From the NCBI GenBank assembly GCA_043777675.1, contig JAYWHR010000065.1, positions 9,992-73,991 on the forward strand: a DNA stretch of 64,000 nucleotides. Reading direction: 5' to 3'. Shown here piece by piece: positions 58,878 to 64,000 of this stretch. Origin of the DNA: Comamonadaceae bacterium. GTDB lineage: Bacteria; Pseudomonadota; Gammaproteobacteria; Burkholderiales; Burkholderiaceae_C. Positions within the stretch are counted from its first letter, which is position 1; each line of letters starts with the position of its first letter. The notes under the pieces are model-generated. The model did no database searches and was not told the origin of the DNA. It saw nothing but the letters and a program-made list of their open reading frames with translations. A program made the position numbers and the translations under genes.

Positions 58878-60146
58878 ATGACTTTCCGCCCTCGCCTGCT
58901 CGACACCCTGGCCGGCTACAGCCGCGCAGCCCTCATCAAAGACATCGGCGCTGGCATCACCGTGGGCATTGTGGCGCTGCCGCTGGCTATTGCGATTGCC
59001 ATTGCCTCCGGGCTGCCGCCGCAAGCGGGCTTGTGGACAGCGATTGTGGGCGGGCTGCTTGTGTCGCTGTTGGGCGGCTCCAATGTGCAAATCGCGGGGC
59101 CCGCCAATGCATTCATCGTGGTGGTTTACAGCATCATTTTGCAACACGGCATCATGGGCTTGCTGCTGGCCACCATGATGGCGGGCGCGCTCATGGTGAT
59201 CATGGGTCTGCTGCAACTGGGGCGCTGGATGCGCCATGTGCCCGATGCTTTGATTGAAGGCTTCACCAGCGCCATTGCAGTAATCATCATCATCACGCAG
59301 CTCAAAGATGCGCTCGGCTTGCCGCTACCCAAGCCGCCAGCGGATGTGATTGGCTTGGTGGCTGCGGTGGCGGGCAAACTTGCGCAATTCAACCCGTGGT
59401 CGCTGGCTTTGGCTACTTCCTGCATTCTCATGCTCGTGCTCTGGCAGCAATTGAGCAAGCGCTTTGCGCTGCTCGCGCGCATTCCGGGACCGATGGTGGC
59501 GCTGCTTGGCCTCACTTTGCTGGCTTGGGGTTTGCAGCTGCCCGCCGAGACGATTGGCAGCCGCTTTGGCGCAGCCTTCAGCGAGATGGGTAGCCATTGG
59601 CCAAGCTTCATGTTGCCCAGCGTGCCTTGGAGCAGCCTGCCTGCGCTGATCGTGCCTGCGTTTACTTTAGCCGCGCTTGCTGCGATTGAATCCCTGCTTT
59701 GCGCGCGCATGGCCGATGAGCAAGCGCCAAACATGCAAAAGCATGCCCCCAATCAAGAGTTAATGGCGCAAGGCATCGCCAACATGGCCGCGCCGCTGCT
59801 TGGAGGCATGCCCGTCACAGGCACGATTGCCCGCACCATGACCAGTTTGCGCAGCGGCGGCTCCACGCCCATTGCAGGCATCGTGCATTCCCTCACGCTA
59901 TTGCTCATCGTGTTGATCGCTGCGCCCTTGGCCGCACACATTCCACTTGCGGTGCTCTCAGGCATCTTGCTCTTCATCGCATGGAACATGGGCGATTGGA
60001 AAGGCTTGCTCGCCTTACATCGCCAGGGCCGTGAATGGGCTTGGGTGGTGGGGGTGACTTTCGTTTTGACGCTCGCGCTCAGCTTGACTTGGGGAATTGC
60101 TGGCGGGTTGGCGGTTTCTTGGGCTTTTGGCAAGCGTAAGGCTTGA
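58878..60146 (+). CDS. SulP family anion transporter lacking the STAS domain
   Basis: AG.TVGIVALPLA.A.AIASG, ESLL.A..AD, NQEL..QG.AN, TG.IART; ends just after the last TM. Confidence 0.87.
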   Translation: MTFRPRLLDTLAGYSRAALIKDIGAGITVGIVALPLAIAIAIASGLPPQAGLWTAIVGGLLVSLLGGSNVQIAGPANAFIVVVYSIILQHGIMGLLLATMMAGALMVIMGLLQLGRWMRHVPDALIEGFTSAIAVIIIITQLKDALGLPLPKPPADVIGLVAAVAGKLAQFNPWSLALATSCILMLVLWQQLSKRFALLARIPGPMVALLGLTLLAWGLQLPAETIGSRFGAAFSEMGSHWPSFMLPSVPWSSLPALIVPAFTLAALAAIESLLCARMADEQAPNMQKHAPNQELMAQGIANMAAPLLGGMPVTGTIARTMTSLRSGGSTPIAGIVHSLTLLLIVLIAAPLAAHIPLAVLSGILLFIAWNMGDWKGLLALHRQGREWAWVVGVTFVLTLALSLTWGIAGGLAVSWAFGKRKA

Positions 60147-60158
60147 ATACCGAACTGC

Positions 60159-60320
60159 CGGACGCAGAAGACGCAAAGGTTACGCAGAAGGAATACCAAA
60201 AAGACAAAAAAGGGCGAAGAGAAGGCGAATACAGATCACTGAAGTTTCTGAATTCAATTTTTGCATTTTTTTTCTGTCTTTTTTGCGTCTTTTGCGTAAC
60301 CTTTGTGTCTTCTGCGTCCG
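60159..60320. repeat. Long palindromic element, copy D (between convergent SulP and lipoprotein genes)
   Basis: Same 32-bp inverted arms; right arm near-identical to that of copy B. Confidence 0.9.
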
Positions 60321-60331
60321 ATATTTTTGAC

Positions 60332-60865
60332 TTATTTTCCCGTCATCCCATTTTTAGGGTCTTCAGGATCAAGCCCCGTCTCTGAGCGGATTACTTTCAA
60401 ATTGCTATCCATCACCGCGCTAAAAATCATCGATGTATTGTTTTGATCTGCCAGATAGCGCCAGTTGTAATAGGTCTCTCTTTTCAGCTCATACGGCACA
60501 ACCTTCATCGGCTTGCCAAGCAGTTTGCGCACATCTTCCATCATCATCCCGGGCTGCACTTTTGCGAAATTCGCTGCCGAGAGCACTTGGCGCAGGGCGC
60601 TCATTTTTCCGTCTGTACCAATCGTGATCATGTAGTTGCGGTGGCCGGCGGGCTGACGGTTGTATTCAAAGATACGCGCACCATTCTCGCCCTCCCAAAT
60701 TTTCTCAGGCTCACCAAATTTCGTGCGCACATCGGCCTCAGTAGCCACACCCTCTTCGAGCTCAATAATCCGCTGCTGGTCACAGCCGACAAGCCCGAAA
60801 AAACTAGCCACGATTCCCATAAAAATCACCTTTTTGAAGACGTTTTTAAATGCTGCTGATGCCAT
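60332..60865 (-). CDS. BamE/SmpA-OmlA-like lipoprotein with two repeated domains
   Basis: Lipobox LVGC; two repeats (T.ADVR..FGEP and M..EDVR..LGKP). Confidence 0.7.
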   Translation of the reverse strand: MASAAFKNVFKKVIFMGIVASFFGLVGCDQQRIIELEEGVATEADVRTKFGEPEKIWEGENGARIFEYNRQPAGHRNYMITIGTDGKMSALRQVLSAANFAKVQPGMMMEDVRKLLGKPMKVVPYELKRETYYNWRYLADQNNTSMIFSAVMDSNLKVIRSETGLDPEDPKNGMTGK

Positions 60866-60911
60866 GTTAACCCCCGGTAAAATAGTCAATTACTAGAAAC
60901 AGTGTAAACCC

Positions 60912-61139
60912 ATGTCGCTCAAATCCATCCTCGCCAATTTGTTTCTCAAAAATGGCGACTATCGTTCGGATGCCACGAATTTCATCGCTGATGTCAAGCG
61001 CGCCCGCCCTGAGCTTGATGCCCAGCAACTCACAGGCCGCGCGCTGCTTTGGGATAAGAACGTTGATCGCAGCCAAATGGCTGACATTGGCGCTGGCCAA
61101 GTCAAGCAACAAGCCTACCCCTATCAAACCAAGGCCTGA
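60912..61139 (+). CDS. DUF3460 family protein
   Basis: Y.SDAT.FI, P.L...Q..GRALLWDK, V.Q..YPYQ. Confidence 0.75.
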   Translation: MSLKSILANLFLKNGDYRSDATNFIADVKRARPELDAQQLTGRALLWDKNVDRSQMADIGAGQVKQQAYPYQTKA

Positions 61140-61183
61140 ACCGCTCCGCCCCTGCCTGCCCTGCGATTGATCGAAGCTAAGCC

Positions 61184-62041
61184 GTGACCCGATTGCCTGA
61201 TCTGAGTGAAAGCGCTGCATTGCCTGCATCGCTAGCTGCCATGCCCACTGTGTTTGACACCGTAGCACTTGCTCGGCTGTATGGTGAGCCGCTGTTTAAA
61301 ATGCCACAGGATTTATACATCCCGCCTGATGCGCTGGAGGTGTTTCTTGAAGCCTTTGAAGGCCCACTTGATCTTTTGCTTTATCTCATCCGCAAACAAA
61401 ATTTCAATATTCTCGACATCCCCATGGCGGGAGTGACCAAGCAATATTTGAGCTATGTTGACGAAATCCGCAATCACAATTTAGAGCTTGCTGCTGAATA
61501 TCTTTTGATGGCTGCCATGCTGATCGAAATCAAATCACGCATGCTCTTGCCGCCGAAGAAAACGGAAGATGGCAAAGAACCGGAAGACCCGCGTGCCGAG
61601 CTGGTGCGCCGCCTGCTCGAATACGAGCGCATGAAGCAAGCTGCCCACAAGATAGACAGCTTGCCTACCTTTGGTCGCGATTATTTGCGCGCTCAGGTCT
61701 ATATCGAACAAAGCCTCGTGCCGCGCTTCCCCGATGTGCATATGGTGGATTTGCAGGATGCGTGGCGCGACATATTAAAGCGCGCCAAGCTCATCCAGCA
61801 TCACAAAATCACGCGCGAAGAGCTTTCCGTACGCGAGCATATGAGCATGGTTTTGAAGCGTCTTCAAGGCCGCAAGTTTGTGGAATTTGAAGAGCTGTTT
61901 GATCCGAGCCACGGCACGCAAGTGCTGGTCGTCACGTTTATTGCTCTGCTTGAATTGGGCAAAGAGACGCTGGTTGAGATCACGCAGGCTGAAGCTTACG
62001 CGCCGATTTACGTCCGACTGGCTTACACACCTGCGAGTTGA
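61184..62041 (+). CDS. scpA: Segregation and condensation protein A
   Basis: FEGPLDLLLYLIRK, AAEYL.MAA.L.EIKSR.LLP, F.ALLEL. Confidence 0.92.
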   Translation: MTRLPDLSESAALPASLAAMPTVFDTVALARLYGEPLFKMPQDLYIPPDALEVFLEAFEGPLDLLLYLIRKQNFNILDIPMAGVTKQYLSYVDEIRNHNLELAAEYLLMAAMLIEIKSRMLLPPKKTEDGKEPEDPRAELVRRLLEYERMKQAAHKIDSLPTFGRDYLRAQVYIEQSLVPRFPDVHMVDLQDAWRDILKRAKLIQHHKITREELSVREHMSMVLKRLQGRKFVEFEELFDPSHGTQVLVVTFIALLELGKETLVEITQAEAYAPIYVRLAYTPAS

Positions 62042-62045
62042 TACT

Positions 62046-63635
62046 TCAGTGGCGGAAGTGCCGCACGCCTGAAAACACCATGGTGACACTACGCTCGTTG
62101 GCCGCCTCAATAACCTCTTGATCGCGCATACTGCCGCCGGGTTGGATCACGCATGTCGCGCCTGCATCCACAACGACATCGAGGCCATCGCGGAATGGGA
62201 AGAAGGCGTCTGACGCTACCGCTGTGCCTTGCAGGCTTAAATTTGCGTGGCCAGCTTTGATGCTTGCGATGCGCGCGGAATCCAAACGGCTCATTTGGCC
62301 TGCACCTACGCCTAGGGTCATGCCGTCTTTGCAGAAGACAATAGCGTTAGATTTTACGAACTTGGCCACTTTCCATGCGAAGAGCAAATCTTGCAGCTGC
62401 TCTTGTGTCGGCTGGATTTTGGTGACGATTTTCAAATCACTCAGGTGCAATTCATGATTGTCTGCGGTCTGCATCAAAAGGCCAGAACCCACCCGCTTGA
62501 TATCCATCACGTTTTGGCCTCTGCTCCAAGCGCTATCGCCACCGGCAGGTAAGCTGATTTCCAGCACACGCACATTCGCCTTCGCCTTGAACACTGCCAA
62601 AGCTTGCGGCGAATAACTCGGTGCAATCAGCACCTCTACAAACTGCTTCGAAATCTGGAGTGCAGCGCGCTCATCCAGCGGGCAGTTCAAAGCAATGATG
62701 CCACCGAAGGCTGATGTGGGATCAGTTTGAAAAGCCTTGCAGTAAGCGGCCAAAGCGTTTGCTGCAGTAGCCACGCCGCAAGGATTGGCATGCTTGACGA
62801 TCACGCACGCTGGCTGAGAAAAGCTCTTCACGCATTCCCAAGCAGCATCCGCATCGGCGATATTGTTGTAAGACAATTCTTTGCCTTGCAGCTGTTTGGC
62901 TGTGACGAGCGATCCTGGTGCGGGATGCAAATCACGATAAAAAGCTGCAGCTTGGTGAGGATTTTCGCCATAGCGCAAATCTTGCAGTTTGACGAACCTT
63001 CCGTTGGTTTGAGAAGGAAACGTGCTTCTAGCCGGCGTATTACTTGCGCTAGATGCTTCGAAATCGATAGCAGACAGATAATCACTGATCGCACCATCGT
63101 AATTGCTGATGCGGTTGAATGCCGCCACGCTGAGTGCGAATTTGGTTTTTTTCGAGATGCCGCCAGCTTTGAGCTCAGCGATCACGCCAGCGTACTGCGA
63201 GGCATCGGTGAGCACGGCCACATCATTCCAATTCTTCGCTGCGCTGCGTACCATCGCCGGGCCGCCGATATCAATGTTCTCAATGGCATCTTCTAACGTG
63301 CAGCCGGGTTGAGCAACTGTGGCTTCAAACGGATAAAGATTCACGATCAGAATATCGATTTGCTCGATGGAATGCTCTTTGAGTGCTGCCATATGCGCAG
63401 GCAGATCACGCCGAGCCAGCAATCCGCCATGCACTTTGGGATGCAGCGTTTTCACGCGGCCATCTAGCATTTCGGGGAAACCAGTGACTTGCGCAATTTC
63501 AGTCACAGGCAGACCGTTGTCAGCTAAGAGTTTGGCTGTGCCGCCGGTGGAAATCAAATCCACCTTTAAAGCATGCAGTTCGCGGGCAAGCTCGACCACG
63601 CCGGTTTTGTCAGACACAGAAATCAATGCACGCAT
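62046..63635 (-). CDS. purH: Bifunctional AICAR transformylase / IMP cyclohydrolase
   Basis: [49 protein letters not shown]. Confidence 0.97.
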   Translation of the reverse strand: MRALISVSDKTGVVELARELHALKVDLISTGGTAKLLADNGLPVTEIAQVTGFPEMLDGRVKTLHPKVHGGLLARRDLPAHMAALKEHSIEQIDILIVNLYPFEATVAQPGCTLEDAIENIDIGGPAMVRSAAKNWNDVAVLTDASQYAGVIAELKAGGISKKTKFALSVAAFNRISNYDGAISDYLSAIDFEASSASNTPARSTFPSQTNGRFVKLQDLRYGENPHQAAAFYRDLHPAPGSLVTAKQLQGKELSYNNIADADAAWECVKSFSQPACVIVKHANPCGVATAANALAAYCKAFQTDPTSAFGGIIALNCPLDERAALQISKQFVEVLIAPSYSPQALAVFKAKANVRVLEISLPAGGDSAWSRGQNVMDIKRVGSGLLMQTADNHELHLSDLKIVTKIQPTQEQLQDLLFAWKVAKFVKSNAIVFCKDGMTLGVGAGQMSRLDSARIASIKAGHANLSLQGTAVASDAFFPFRDGLDVVVDAGATCVIQPGGSMRDQEVIEAANERSVTMVFSGVRHFRH

Positions 63636-63686
63636 GTGCGCTCCCTGAAAGTTATAGAAATGGATTCACTGCTGCCCACAAGCGCA

Positions 63687-63920
63687 TCACAGCATCTGGT
63701 GTTCACCGAGCTTTTTGCGCAGCGTGTTGCGATTCATGCCAAGCCATTCTGCGGCTTTGGATTGGTTGTTGCCTGCTTGTCGCATCACCACCTCCAACAT
63801 CGGCTTTTCCACAACGCCAAGCATCATGGCATAAAGCTCATGCGGTGTCTCGCTGCCGAGATCTTTGAAATACGCATCCAAACCGTGGCGCACACTGTCT
63901 TCAATATTTTTTTTGCTCAT
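63687..63920 (-). CDS. fis: Fis family DNA-binding protein
   Basis: VEKP.L..VM..A.NNQSKAA..LG.NRNTLRKKL. Confidence 0.9.
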   Translation of the reverse strand: MSKKNIEDSVRHGLDAYFKDLGSETPHELYAMMLGVVEKPMLEVVMRQAGNNQSKAAEWLGMNRNTLRKKLGEHQML

Positions 63921-63924
63921 ACGC

Positions 63925-64000
63925 TTAACTCAAAACATCCGTCTCTTCTAATAGCAACTTGGCGCGATGCACCGGCAATCGATCCATCTGCTGCGCCAAA
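63925..64000 (-). CDS. 3' end of a gene cut by the window edge, probably dusB
   Basis: Open frame ...LAQQMDRLPVHRAKLLLEETDVLS* ending 4 nt before fis; dusB-fis-purH order is common. Inference from position. Confidence 0.4.
   Translation of the reverse strand, partial: LAQQMDRLPVHRAKLLLEETDVLS

Noticed and set aside
63939-63977. AATAGC...CCGGC look-alike of the 43-bp repeat
   Set aside because: Spacing is off and the left half of the palindrome is absent.

Overview
Chromosomal window from a betaproteobacterium, probably Burkholderiales/Comamonadaceae (inferred from gene order such as rph-PP2C-kinase-yicC-gmk-rpoZ-spoT and fis-purH, and from protein style). No rRNA, tRNA, CRISPR array, transposase, integrase or prophage is recognisable. 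Contents in order: two c-type cytochromes, ruvC and two lipid genes (0.1-4.5 kb); an rml operon (rfbB, rfbA, rfbC; no rfbD) with seven small accessory genes inserted between the sugar genes (Uma2-type nuclease, two MNT-HEPN pairs, DUF4160-DUF2442) plus a possible gene scar (4.7-10 kb); a Wzx/Wzy O-antigen cluster on the minus strand (WecA-like, manC, wzx, GTs, two methyltransferases, wzy, fnlABC, WbuB-like, gnu) with a divergent wzz-like gene (10-27 kb); housekeeping genes (27-35 kb); a co-directional run boxC-boxB-boxA-pcaF-frmA-fghA-FDH beta-FDH alpha with BoxR-type regulator, benzoate-CoA ligase, CoA-transferase and bdhA (35.6-53.2 kb); then apbC, metG, an AAA/DUF4143 ATPase, an orphan inositol oxygenase, a STAS-less SulP, a BamE-like lipoprotein, scpA, purH and fis. 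The most unusual signals are non-genic. (1) A 43-bp repeat family has 9 clear gap-free copies; six are inserted in frame in apparent inter-domain linkers, so a near-identical 15-aa peptide appears in MetG, BoxA and the FDH beta subunit. (2) Four 130-170 bp palindromic elements share a 32-bp arm and lie immediately after stop codons. (3) A 230-bp intergenic region holds two hairpins whose loops are perfectly complementary over 30 nt. All calls come from reading motifs by eye; no searches were run.
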